Assembly: GCA_964388035.1 (NCBI GenBank)
Contig: CAYLZE010000035.1
Span: forward strand, 1 to 44,663
Reading direction: 5' to 3'
Length of the DNA stretch: 44,663 bases
Source of the DNA: an uncultured archaeon
Lineage (GTDB): Archaea > Asgardarchaeota > Lokiarchaeia > Sigyniarchaeales > SOKP01
Part shown: positions 10,199-19,943 of the stretch, in pieces
Position numbering within the stretch: position 1 is the first letter of the stretch
How the letters are laid out: every line of letters starts with the position of its first letter
The notes under the pieces: generated by a model
What the model was told of the DNA's origin: nothing
The model's input: the letters and a program-made list of their open reading frames with translations, nothing else
The model's database searches: none
Program-made: the position numbers and the translations under genes

Positions 10199-11449
10199 TT
10201 ATAAATATTCTTTCTTCACTTTCGATCTTAACGCAAAAATGACGATAAGAATTCCCAAAATAATGAAAACGACGCTTAAATCCCATTCTGCGAGATACCC
10301 TATTATGGGAAAAATAATGATTCTTATTAAAACTTTGATAGTGTTTATTACATTTAAGGTGGTTGCTCTATTTTCAACATTAATCTGGCTATTAATTCCA
10401 TTCGAAAAGATTATGTATCGTGTTAATCCAAACCCAAAAATAATTACTATTAAAAGGCAAATGAATATCGGATTGAGAAAGGTAAAGCCAATAAGAATGT
10501 AGGCAATACCCGGAATAATCGTGTTAATAGTAAGCATATTTTTCCTATTTTTTATTAAATTAAATGATTTTGGTAAAAAATTTAAGAAGAGAATTTGAAT
10601 AACGTTCAATGCTGAACTTATAAAACCAAAATAAATGAGAGGAACACTTAATTGATATAAATAAAATTGATATGTATATAATAGTATGAAAATTAGCGTT
10701 TCAATTATTGTCATGTCATAAACTAAAACTCTCAAAATTTTATTAGATTTGAATTCATTAAATCCCATTTTAATAGTGTTGAAGAAATTTATCTTTTTTT
10801 TCACTTGAATTCTCTCAGGTTCATGAAATGATATTGAAATTACGGTGCCAATAACATATGGAAAAATCATTAAACAAATAAGTGAATGTAGTGAAAAATA
10901 AAACACTATGAAGGTTCCTAATGGTGCAGAACCAGCCATGGCAATTAAAAATAAAACGTTAGTTCTGGCAAAATATTTTGAATACTCTTTCTCTCTACCA
11001 ATTTTTTTCAATGAATCAAATAAAATAGCTTCATTAGACCCTGCAATAAATGCTTCTGATAATCCGAATACTGTCTCCCCCATTAGGAATAAGATAATTG
11101 ACGGGTTATTTAAATATATCAACATCGTGCTTGTGCTCAAAACACCTGATAAAAACAAAGAAGCTTTTCTACTAACATGATCAGAAAATGCACCGCAGGG
11201 AATTTCAAATAGAACAATAATTAATCCATAATAACTCTGGAAAAACATGAATTCAAAAAAAGAAAGATGCCCCCAAATTATATAAAATGGGACAATGACA
11301 CCCGAAAGTAAATAAAAACCCATGAAGAAATTATAAAAATAAATTTTGAAAATGTTCCTCTTAAAGCTTTTTTCATTCTCAATTTTTTTTTTTCTCCTTA
11401 TTTGAATAGTTTTTACATAAATTTTTTCCAAACCAAGCATTAACATCAC
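10199..11449 (-). CDS. MFS transporter (start uncertain; possibly ATT at 11383)
   Basis: FEIPCGAFSDHVSRK, G.NEAILFDS and RAT motifs; about 12 TM. Confidence 0.85.
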   Translation of the reverse strand: MMLMLGLEKIYVKTIQIRRKKKIENEKSFKRNIFKIYFYNFFMGFYLLSGVIVPFYIIWGHLSFFEFMFFQSYYGLIIVLFEIPCGAFSDHVSRKASLFLSGVLSTSTMLIYLNNPSIILFLMGETVFGLSEAFIAGSNEAILFDSLKKIGREKEYSKYFARTNVLFLIAMAGSAPLGTFIVFYFSLHSLICLMIFPYVIGTVISISFHEPERIQVKKKINFFNTIKMGFNEFKSNKILRVLVYDMTIIETLIFILLYTYQFYLYQLSVPLIYFGFISSALNVIQILFLNFLPKSFNLIKNRKNMLTINTIIPGIAYILIGFTFLNPIFICLLIVIIFGFGLTRYIIFSNGINSQINVENRATTLNVINTIKVLIRIIIFPIIGYLAEWDLSVVFIILGILIVIFALRSKVKKEYL

Positions 11450-12214
11450 GTTTCCTCATGAATAATTAAAAATGTAAACTGAATTAACTATTAATAAAAA
11501 ATAGTAATTTAGAACTAAATGATGAGCAATGAATACAAAAGTAATTATTCAAAATCGAAGTAGAGCAGAGAGTTGGCTAATTCATATATTTTAAAATAAT
11601 ATATGAATAAATCAATTAATGAAACTAATGTTTTAATTTCTATAATGAACTTAATGTAACACAGAATTCATTTAGTGGAAGAGCCATTATATATCTGGCT
11701 ATAAGAGAGGTTGCAAAAAAATCATCTCAATATGACGTATCGATTTATTGTAAGCTCTCATGTGAAATGCATGACCATTCACGAGATATTTACCACCGAT
11801 GTATTTCATTTTAAACATAAAATTATTCATCTCCCATACAATAAATCATATAATCTAATAGAAGAAATATGGATTTATAAAGTTTTTCTTTCTGCGCCAT
11901 TAATTATTTATAAAATAAAATCTCCAATTGTATTATCTATAAATAATTAACATCTTCATGGTTTCATTAAAATATATGTACCTTATCCATTTAATATTGT
12001 CTAATTCAACTATAGTATACTTAAGTATTGATCAAGATAAAAAGGATTTTGAAAATGAGTCCAGCAGAAAAATTTTATGAGAAGGACTTATTTTATGAAA
12101 TTAAAATCATTTTTAGGAGAGAATTAAATCTATTTAGTTAAAACCTCAATTTTTTTTTTCTCTTCATAAACCTTTAATTCGAAGAAATTCTGTTTAAGTA
12201 ATATAACAGTTGAT

Positions 12215-12232
12215 AGATAACGATTGTTATCT
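12215..12232. promoter_or_regulatory. Palindromic operator AGATAAC-gatt-GTTATCT upstream of the TetR gene
   Basis: Perfect 7-bp inverted repeat with 4-nt spacer; a degenerate site lies at 12201-12215; the motif recurs twice before the next gene. Confidence 0.75.
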
Positions 12233-12271
12233 TCAGAATGAAATTATAATAAGGAAATAAGTGAGATTAAA

Positions 12272-12859
12272 ATACCCCCTAAAATAAAATTTACTCGAGA
12301 AGATGTATTAAAAGCTTCCTTGAAAATAGTGAGCGAAAAAGGCTTAAATCAGATCACAGCCAGACGGGTAGCTACAGAATTGAAATCTTCTGTTGCACCA
12401 ATATATAGTTATTTCGAGTCTATTGAGGATCTCATTGACTCTGTTATCACATATGGGCAGGAAAAGATATTTGAATCCTGTAAAAAGAATTATACCAAAA
12501 GTAAAATTTTAAATCTTGGTCTAGGTTTGGTGTATTTTGCCCGGAATAATAAAAATCTATATCGTACTATCTTCATGGAGGGTGATCAATTTAATAGAGT
12601 TTTGAAGAATTTATTAGAATTGTCTCAAAATGAACTAAAAAAAGATGAGAGATTCAAGGAAATGTCTGAGGAAATAATAAAAGAAATAGTTTTCAAATTG
12701 TGGATATTCGTTCATGGATTTGCATCTTTAATTTGTACAGGCTTAATAGAAAATACTTCGAATGAGGATTTAATTGCTCAGTTAAACGAATTTGGTGATA
12801 TCATTATCAATCATGCCTTTAAAAAAGAAAGTAAGGAATATATATCTATTAATCCATAA
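12272..12859 (+). CDS. TetR/AcrR-family transcriptional regulator; N-terminus extends to ATA at 12272 (IPPKIKFTREDVLKAS...)
   Basis: HTH G...ITARRVATELKSSVAPIYSYF; C-terminal WIFVHG; the in-frame upstream sequence matches the typical MPPK..FTRE start. Confidence 0.88.
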   Translation: MPPKIKFTREDVLKASLKIVSEKGLNQITARRVATELKSSVAPIYSYFESIEDLIDSVITYGQEKIFESCKKNYTKSKILNLGLGLVYFARNNKNLYRTIFMEGDQFNRVLKNLLELSQNELKKDERFKEMSEEIIKEIVFKLWIFVHGFASLICTGLIENTSNEDLIAQLNEFGDIIINHAFKKESKEYISINP

Positions 12860-12871
12860 TAAAATGTTTAA

Positions 12872-12917
12872 ATATAACGAATGTTATATAATATATATAA
12901 TATAACGATTGTTATCT
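12872..12917. promoter_or_regulatory. Two operator copies, ATATAAC-gaat-GTTATAT (12872-12889) and ATATAAC-gatt-GTTATCT (12900-12917), flanking a TATA-like AT tract
   Basis: Same ATAAC-N4-GTTAT core as the site at 12215-12232. Confidence 0.75.
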
Positions 12918-12926
12918 TACAAGTTG

Positions 12927-13796
12927 ATGAAAATGAACACATCATTTCAGAAGAACGGGAATCAAGAAATTAGTCAAAAGGCTTATCCATTTCAGGATCA
13001 TCCCGTAATGTTGTTTCTAGTTATAACTTTTCTAATAGGATTTCTATTTATATTCATTGCGTTGTTTACGGGGTTATTTGTATTTGCTTATGTAGCGGCA
13101 GCTAGTTCATCTTTATCCGGCATATTAACAGCTACTATTACAAGGGGAAAAGAGGGCTTAAAGGATCTATTAGGAGAATTTAAAAACTGGCAAAGCAAAT
13201 TCATTTATTACCTTTTTGCATTTTTCTTCCCTTTAATAACGCTCATCATTGGAAACGGCATTATTCTTCTGCTTGGAGCTCCTTTTAGTTTTCCCGGGAT
13301 AGGGGTCTGGATTTCATTTTTGCCTACTTTTCTTTTAATAACCCTTCAAGCGGGATTAGGAGAAGAAATCGGGTGGAGAGGATATTTAACTCCAAAATTA
13401 AGTGAGAAATATAGTTATTTGATATCCTCCTTATTAGTTGGGATAGTTTGGGCATTATGGCACCTTCCCTTATATTTTATTCCTGGATTTGTGCAAAATA
13501 CCATGGTGCTAGCATTTGGATTTTTAATGACGTTCATACTCTATTCAAGCTTTATAATTTGCTCAGCTGTTATAATCTCTTGGTTATTTTTTAATTCGAA
13601 TAATAACCTCTGGTTACCCGTGATAATCCATGGAGCTCTTAACACGTATAATGCACTCTTTATTCTGACTTTTGACTCTCCCTTATATTCAAGTATCATA
13701 TGGATAATTTCTGGAATCTTAATAATAATTCTGTGCGATTCTAAATTTAAAAGACGGAAATTTTCCAAAAATAAAGTTAGCAAGAAAGAAAGTTGA
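12927..13796 (+). CDS. CPBP/Abi intramembrane metalloprotease (start ATG 12927 or 12933, because TTG 12909 lies inside the operator)
   Basis: GEEIGWRGY, WALWHLP, HGALN motifs. Confidence 0.9.
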   Translation: MKMNTSFQKNGNQEISQKAYPFQDHPVMLFLVITFLIGFLFIFIALFTGLFVFAYVAAASSSLSGILTATITRGKEGLKDLLGEFKNWQSKFIYYLFAFFFPLITLIIGNGIILLLGAPFSFPGIGVWISFLPTFLLITLQAGLGEEIGWRGYLTPKLSEKYSYLISSLLVGIVWALWHLPLYFIPGFVQNTMVLAFGFLMTFILYSSFIICSAVIISWLFFNSNNNLWLPVIIHGALNTYNALFILTFDSPLYSSIIWIISGILIIILCDSKFKRRKFSKNKVSKKES

Positions 13797-14148
13797 GCTT
13801 TAAAATCGCCAAAAATCTTTTTTTATTTTAGAATTTGAAATATTACTTAGCATGTGGTTGAAAAATAACTGTCTTAACCAAACCATTTTTTACATTATTA
13901 GAAAGTGATAAGATGAGTATTGAAATAGAGATAAGAAATTAAGTATTTATTGAAACAAATGGGTGTCAATGTTAAGAAAACAATTGGTCTTTTTCTCATG
14001 AATGATCTTAACTCGATAAATTGTTAAAACTTTATTTAGTAATGATGAAATCCATGATTTTCCTTAGGATTATAAAAAATATTAATAAATTCTAAGGTGT
14101 TATTAATATTATAGAAAAGATCATAAAAACTTTCGCTAAAAGAAAATC

Positions 14149-15369
14149 ATGAGATTAAGTCTTACGGATTTAAATGAGGGAGTGGTATATCTCGGAAATA
14201 AATTAACAATTAAGTCCACGTTTGAATTTGATGAGGGTACCTCGATTCTTTGGAGTGGCGTGCGGCTAATCACCAATCCCCCTTGTGCTAAGGAATTACA
14301 AGTTGCAAAAGAAGAAATCTTTTCTATGGGAAATTTTGAGCCTGGAACCTATATTCGTGAAAAGTCTATTCTTATCAAACAAACGGTCGTACCTACGATT
14401 AAAATGCGCGATTTGAGATACATGATTCAACTCTTGCTTAGAAAAGACAATCCCATTAATCCCGATCAAGATTTAATCATTAAACGAGAAAAAGAAATTA
14501 GCATAAGAACTAATGAAGCAAAAAAATTAGTTAAGAAACCAAATCCCCTCTCCTTTTCGATTTCAGGTTTAAACATTGACTTAGCCAAAGATGTCTTTAA
14601 ACCAGGAGAAACTATTAAAATTAATTATTCTTCGGATCAGTTAAAAGAGATCGAAGTTCGCCTTCTCCAAAGGGCTAATTTAGTATGTTTTTGTGAACCA
14701 TACGGGAAAAGTTGTACAAAAGTAGAAGAATTGCCTCCTGCTATAGCGGGAGATGTGTTAAAAAAAGCAGAAACTGAAAAGGGCTTTTTATTAATGAAAG
14801 TTCCGGAGATTGCAGAACCTTCTCATAATTATCTATGGGAACCGGAAGAGAAAGAATATTGGGGATTCAAATATGGAGACTATTCCGAATGGTCTCTTTC
14901 GGTAATCGGTACCAAGCATCCAGAATATGGAAGAGATAAAATTCGATTTGACGTTCCCATTACTGTGGTTTCCCAACCGATTTCCGAAAAAGATTTGGGA
15001 GAAAATTTGTTTTCCAGTGAAGAAAAAAGTACTCCTTCGCTATTTGGAGATCTTTCTTCGAAATTTCAGAAACGATTTCAAATGCTTTCGATTGATTCCT
15101 TTCAAGGGGAAAATTCCGGCATGTACCGTTATAAGATAAAATTAAAAAATATTTCCAATCAAGAACTGGAAGGCGTGACGGTGAAATTAACGGGATTGCA
15201 GGAAGGCCTTTTTGAAACCTCTTCTAGTCTCATGGGCTATAGTTCATGGAAAAAAGAAGAAGAAAAAGAAATATTCTATGAAACGAAGCAAAACGTATCC
15301 GCAATCATTTCTATTATTGAGGACAATTCTCAACAAAGTATAAGGATACAAACACCCATTGCTTTTTAA
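14149..15369 (+). CDS. Arrestin-fold-like protein (two beta-sandwiches) with an extra C-terminal Ig-like domain
   Basis: FEPGTY...VVPT...LRYMIQLLL resembles Arrestin_N; LAKDVFKPGETIKI...IEVRLLQ resembles Arrestin_C; recognised by motif only. Confidence 0.55.
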   Translation: MRLSLTDLNEGVVYLGNKLTIKSTFEFDEGTSILWSGVRLITNPPCAKELQVAKEEIFSMGNFEPGTYIREKSILIKQTVVPTIKMRDLRYMIQLLLRKDNPINPDQDLIIKREKEISIRTNEAKKLVKKPNPLSFSISGLNIDLAKDVFKPGETIKINYSSDQLKEIEVRLLQRANLVCFCEPYGKSCTKVEELPPAIAGDVLKKAETEKGFLLMKVPEIAEPSHNYLWEPEEKEYWGFKYGDYSEWSLSVIGTKHPEYGRDKIRFDVPITVVSQPISEKDLGENLFSSEEKSTPSLFGDLSSKFQKRFQMLSIDSFQGENSGMYRYKIKLKNISNQELEGVTVKLTGLQEGLFETSSSLMGYSSWKKEEEKEIFYETKQNVSAIISIIEDNSQQSIRIQTPIAF

Positions 15370-15371
15370 AG

Positions 15372-16346
15372 CTATTTTTCATTCGCCGCCTTTCGCAGGG
15401 TTTCAAAAGTGCCATGCCCTCCTTTTCGCCCATCTAATTCAAAACTGCCGAAAGATTGAATCAGAATGGATTCATTGCCTTCATCATCTTTGAAAGGGAG
15501 AGGAATTATTTGTCCTGCTTTCGCGATTAATTCATGACGCTCATTATTATTATCGATTATGATAAGGTTGGAACTGACCGGATATACTCCATCCTTGCGG
15601 AATTTTTGATCAACAATTTCTATTTCTTTTATGGGGATATTATTACCGTTCTTATACAAGAAGCCTCCTGAGCTTATCCTTCCGTCATCAGTAACTATGG
15701 CGGCAGGATTAATCGCTAGATTCTTATCAAACCAAATCACGTAATAAAGCCAATTTCCCACGCCCGTCCAATCACGCACTCCATAGGTGTGGTCTCTCTG
15801 TCCCATGGCATTTATTATTGAATAAACCTTCCCATCAATCTCAATTTCTCCGTTAATTTCTGCGATTTGCTCCCAATGTTTATCACCTGCTTTTTTACCA
15901 ATCTCCAAGGATTCTGGAGTCATGAAGGTGCTATACTCGTACGTCTCGTTGATGGCTTGAAAATCCAAGTTCATGCTTACGTGATAATTGGAACGAGGAA
16001 TGGATGGATCTTCGCGCACTCTAAGAAGATCTTCGCTGCTTTTAACAAAAACCATTTTCCCTTCAAATGTATATTTCCAATGCCCGTCCGAGAGATTATC
16101 ATGACGCATTTTCCCAACGCATAAGGATTCGGAATAATCTTTTATTCGCTTTAATTGAAAGTGTGCCGCTCCCGAACCATCGGGTAGGAAGAAAAATAAG
16201 AAAGTCATGCCTTCCGATTTATTGGGTTTAAAACCAATGCGAGACATCCCACCTAATTCTTGATCCTTGCTATAGAATGCAAGATAATAGGATTCATTCC
16301 ATTCCGTGTGATTTGTGCATAGTTGCTGATGAGTTAAGGGTTCCAT
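15372..16346 (-). CDS. Conserved hypothetical beta-barrel protein (AttH/tocopherol-cyclase-like fold suspected)
   Basis: WNESYY, HWEQ...G.I, GQRDHTYGVRDW motifs. Confidence 0.6.
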   Translation of the reverse strand: MEPLTHQQLCTNHTEWNESYYLAFYSKDQELGGMSRIGFKPNKSEGMTFLFFFLPDGSGAAHFQLKRIKDYSESLCVGKMRHDNLSDGHWKYTFEGKMVFVKSSEDLLRVREDPSIPRSNYHVSMNLDFQAINETYEYSTFMTPESLEIGKKAGDKHWEQIAEINGEIEIDGKVYSIINAMGQRDHTYGVRDWTGVGNWLYYVIWFDKNLAINPAAIVTDDGRISSGGFLYKNGNNIPIKEIEIVDQKFRKDGVYPVSSNLIIIDNNNERHELIAKAGQIIPLPFKDDEGNESILIQSFGSFELDGRKGGHGTFETLRKAANEK

Positions 16347-16448
16347 TTTAACATTTTCACCAACATAGTAGAAAATACTTTTTTCTTCAGTTCAATTTCA
16401 GTTCAAATTGATATGCTTGAGAAAAAGGATAATTTTATAAAAAGTATA

Positions 16449-19190
16449 CTATTTAGAAATTTTCACCACACCATCATACCCATTTAATGATACCTGCTGT
16501 CCCGATTTAAAAATATTACATGCATTTGTAATGTTTGTGACAGCGGGAATGCCATACTCTCGAGAGACTACTGCCCCATGGGATAGGACTCCTCCTGTTT
16601 CCGTAATTAATCCTCCTATTTTCGAAAAAACGGGCGTCCAGCCCGGATCGGTACGAGGAACCACCAAAATTTCACCCTTTTTAATCAGGGATATTTGATC
16701 GATATCGTGTAATACCCGTATTATGCCTTTTACAAGACCTTGGCTGGCAGGAATCCCCTGGAAATAATTGCTATTATAATCAAACTGAAGTATGTCATCA
16801 AATTCCCGGGAACCTAATAAAAATTTAGGCGGAAGAATGTTTTCGTTCCGCTTGAACTCTTGGTATCTTAGTTTAATTTTTGAGGAAAGTTCTTTCAGTT
16901 GATCTTCATTTAATTTTCCCTCGGCCAGGCGATTTATTTCTCTTTTCCAAAAAAAGAAGATTTCCTCTGCTCCTTCAATCACGTTTTGGTCTTTAAGCAT
17001 GTTCCCAATGACCAAATAGACGTTTCTACTTCTTGATATCCATCGATCCAGGTTAAACCTCTGATTCTCACGGAAAATAATGTACCTACGGCTAAAGTTT
17101 AAAATAATTGATAAAACTTTCCACTTTAAGAATCCAAGCTTCTGGGAGCGGATTTTTGCTTCAATATATTTCTCTACCAAGTGCTTTTTGCTTAAATTCC
17201 TCCTCTTGAGATTTTCAAGATCCTCCCATTCCTCCGTACTAAGAGATTTTAAAATATCAAATAAACTCGTCATGGGAGGTTCTTTCCATCGAGGATAATA
17301 AACTTCTCTCGTGAATCCCCGATCTCCGTAGTTATCTAAGAAATCTTGGAATTTTACTAGAAAAGTTTCATAGGAAGCATCTTTTTTCGATTGAAGTATA
17401 GAATATATAGATTCTGAAGGATTTTCTTGTATTATTGTTTTAACTTTAGGATTCGAATTGATAAAAGAGGCCAATTCATGAACCTTCTCATTTGTTTCGG
17501 TTAACTTGTTATTCAACCCCGAAACTAATACCGGATAATATTTTTGGCAATCTTCTTTATCAAGAAATCGGGTTAAAAGATATTGAACCAGCAGGTTCAT
17601 GCCTATATTATGAACGGGAATTCCATAACGCACCAATCTATAATGGGAAATCATCACTTGATCCAATTCATTTGCTAGATCCAATAAAGCGGAAATATTA
17701 TTCTCTTCTTTCAATGCCTCTAACTTCTGATCAAAGGAGACACAATATGGAACGAACACTTCACGCGTCCACTTTTCATATACATCATCTGTCTTGGTCA
17801 TGGATCCATCAGGATCATGAACCATTACACGCAGTTCTGCAACAATGCGCGGAATTGCATGAAAAGGGAGAGCTTTGATAGTCTCTTTTCCAAAGGAACC
17901 TGCCCCTTCTGGGAAATAATTAAGCAGATCTTCATTGCGCATCATGGAAGGAATCTCATTTTCAACTTTATTTTTCAATACTTTTAAATTGAAGTACACG
18001 TGAGCATTGAACAATTTTAGGAGATTAGGATCCATCTTTTTATACCCCATGATGCTATTAAGTTCCATGTTAACTACTTTTGTCAATTGATCGCCTAAGA
18101 GCTCGAAATAGAGGGGAGTCACATTATCATTCCAATAATCATCAGAATATCCCCTGCTCCAGATAATTTCCTCAGAAGGAGCTTTAGCTTTCAGGATGGT
18201 GATTGGTCTTGATTGTAAAGGAATGAAATGCTCAGACTCATCCATGGCCCATTCAATATCCTGTGGAACTCCTTTAAAAATCCGTTCAATTTGAGTGCCC
18301 ATCTTCGCGAGAGTAATCAATTGATGATCGGAAAGAGAGGAGGACTTGCATTGTTGTTCGGAAAGTGGAGTAGCGTCCGTGCCATATTCATTTGAATCCT
18401 TTCTTGGAAATAATGCTATGGATTTGCTTCCAATTCTCTTATTTAAAATTTTAAAGGATCCATTAGACTTTTTTTGCTCTTTAAGAAGAATATATTGATC
18501 AGGGGAGCATTTTCCCGAAACAATGGATTCTCCCAAGCCAAAATTAGATTCAATTAATATTTCTCTTTTATCAAACGTGACTGGATTCACGGTAAAGAGT
18601 AATCCCGCACATTTTGCAGGCACCATGACCTGCACGATAACGGCAAGTTTTACTTTTTCTTGAAGAATATGATTATTATGACGATAAATGATTGCTCGAC
18701 TCGTCCATAAGGAAGCATAGCATTTAATCACGTGCTCCAGAACTTGGTTTGAGGATTTTAAATTCAAATAAGTGTCATATTGTCCAGCAAAAGAAGCTTG
18801 GGGCAAGTCCTCTGCGGTTGCTGAGGATCTCACGGCTACATTTTTTAAACCAAGAGATTGATATTCTTGCTTTATTTGCTGCTCAATCTCGGGAGGAATT
18901 ACTCCCTCCTTGAAAGCGTTTCGAATTGTCTTAGCATTCTTATTTAAAGATTCGGGATCTTCATAATTGATTTCCGATAACGATTTCTGAATTATTCCTA
19001 CAAGATTATTAACCTTGAGAAATTCCTCGTAGGCATTCGTGGTAACGACAAATCCTTCGGGAATATGAAAGCCATTGTTTAATAAGATAGATAAGTTAGC
19101 GGCTTTACTTCCTACAATTTTTATAGCATGGGAAGAAATTTGAGAAAAATTAATGATCAAAATTTGAGTATCAGACATGAGAAAATACAA
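16449..19190 (-). CDS. PEP-synthase/rifampicin-phosphotransferase-like dikinase (ATP-grasp domain, central substrate domain, C-terminal swivel His domain); start probably ATG 19178
   Basis: VGSKAANL, AVRSSATAEDL..ASFAGQYDT, DIEWA, LQSRPIT, TDPGWT, GGVLSHGAVVSREYGIPAV. Confidence 0.9.
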   Translation of the reverse strand: MYFLMSDTQILIINFSQISSHAIKIVGSKAANLSILLNNGFHIPEGFVVTTNAYEEFLKVNNLVGIIQKSLSEINYEDPESLNKNAKTIRNAFKEGVIPPEIEQQIKQEYQSLGLKNVAVRSSATAEDLPQASFAGQYDTYLNLKSSNQVLEHVIKCYASLWTSRAIIYRHNNHILQEKVKLAVIVQVMVPAKCAGLLFTVNPVTFDKREILIESNFGLGESIVSGKCSPDQYILLKEQKKSNGSFKILNKRIGSKSIALFPRKDSNEYGTDATPLSEQQCKSSSLSDHQLITLAKMGTQIERIFKGVPQDIEWAMDESEHFIPLQSRPITILKAKAPSEEIIWSRGYSDDYWNDNVTPLYFELLGDQLTKVVNMELNSIMGYKKMDPNLLKLFNAHVYFNLKVLKNKVENEIPSMMRNEDLLNYFPEGAGSFGKETIKALPFHAIPRIVAELRVMVHDPDGSMTKTDDVYEKWTREVFVPYCVSFDQKLEALKEENNISALLDLANELDQVMISHYRLVRYGIPVHNIGMNLLVQYLLTRFLDKEDCQKYYPVLVSGLNNKLTETNEKVHELASFINSNPKVKTIIQENPSESIYSILQSKKDASYETFLVKFQDFLDNYGDRGFTREVYYPRWKEPPMTSLFDILKSLSTEEWEDLENLKRRNLSKKHLVEKYIEAKIRSQKLGFLKWKVLSIILNFSRRYIIFRENQRFNLDRWISRSRNVYLVIGNMLKDQNVIEGAEEIFFFWKREINRLAEGKLNEDQLKELSSKIKLRYQEFKRNENILPPKFLLGSREFDDILQFDYNSNYFQGIPASQGLVKGIIRVLHDIDQISLIKKGEILVVPRTDPGWTPVFSKIGGLITETGGVLSHGAVVSREYGIPAVTNITNACNIFKSGQQVSLNGYDGVVKISK

Positions 19191-19309
19191 AATAATAATT
19201 AATGCATTAGATATTAATTCTCTTTTTTCTTTAAAAAGATTATAATTTCTTTAAGAAACAGCTTAATTTAATGGCAGTTACCCTTAAAAATACTTTTAAA
19301 TCTTCCGTT

Positions 19310-19786
19310 TTACCAACAACTAGGATCAAAAAATTCCTTATACTTTTGTATCCACGGACAAATCGAATATTTTGAATAATCCTCCGTTATTTCCTCTCCG
19401 GGTTGGATGTCTCTCAAGGCTACTGAACAAAAACCGTTTTCATCTTCCGAAGCACCGGAAGTTGCATTAAGAGAATGATTCACGTATCTTGAATCGTCCA
19501 AGCAAAAGATTAATGCATCGAGATCCCTCTCATAATACGAGTAGGTTAGCAAGCTTTGAATATAATTTTTCATTAAAGGTGACTTGCACGAAGCGTCAAG
19601 GGTTAAGAATTGCTCTTTTTGCATGATTAATACATCTTGCGGACGGGCGTGCCACCAAATCGTGCCTTTAGAGATTACCCTTTTTGCAAATAATCCTAAT
19701 CCGTGAATGGTACTTTCTCTCACTTCCGCATAATTCTCAATGGGATTAATTGAGGAAAGATTATAAGGAATTTCTTGGGATGTCAT
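19310..19786 (-). CDS. SET-domain protein (putative lysine methyltransferase)
   Basis: IHGLGLFA, RYVNHS, ALRDIQPGEEITEDY. Confidence 0.9.
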   Translation of the reverse strand: MTSQEIPYNLSSINPIENYAEVRESTIHGLGLFAKRVISKGTIWWHARPQDVLIMQKEQFLTLDASCKSPLMKNYIQSLLTYSYYERDLDALIFCLDDSRYVNHSLNATSGASEDENGFCSVALRDIQPGEEITEDYSKYSICPWIQKYKEFFDPSCW

Positions 19787-19943
19787 TTATTGTTTGTGAA
19801 GCATAAAACCTATTCATATATTGAATATGAGTAATAAAATACCTTAATAAGGTTTCTATTCAAAATTTCCTTGAGCATTCCCTACCGAAAATGATTTATT
19901 GCTAAATAAAAAAGTTTTTTTGAATAATTACTGTATAAAAACT

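Noticed and set aside
11711-11950. 79-aa ORF in an AT-rich gap
   Set aside because: No motifs; likely spurious
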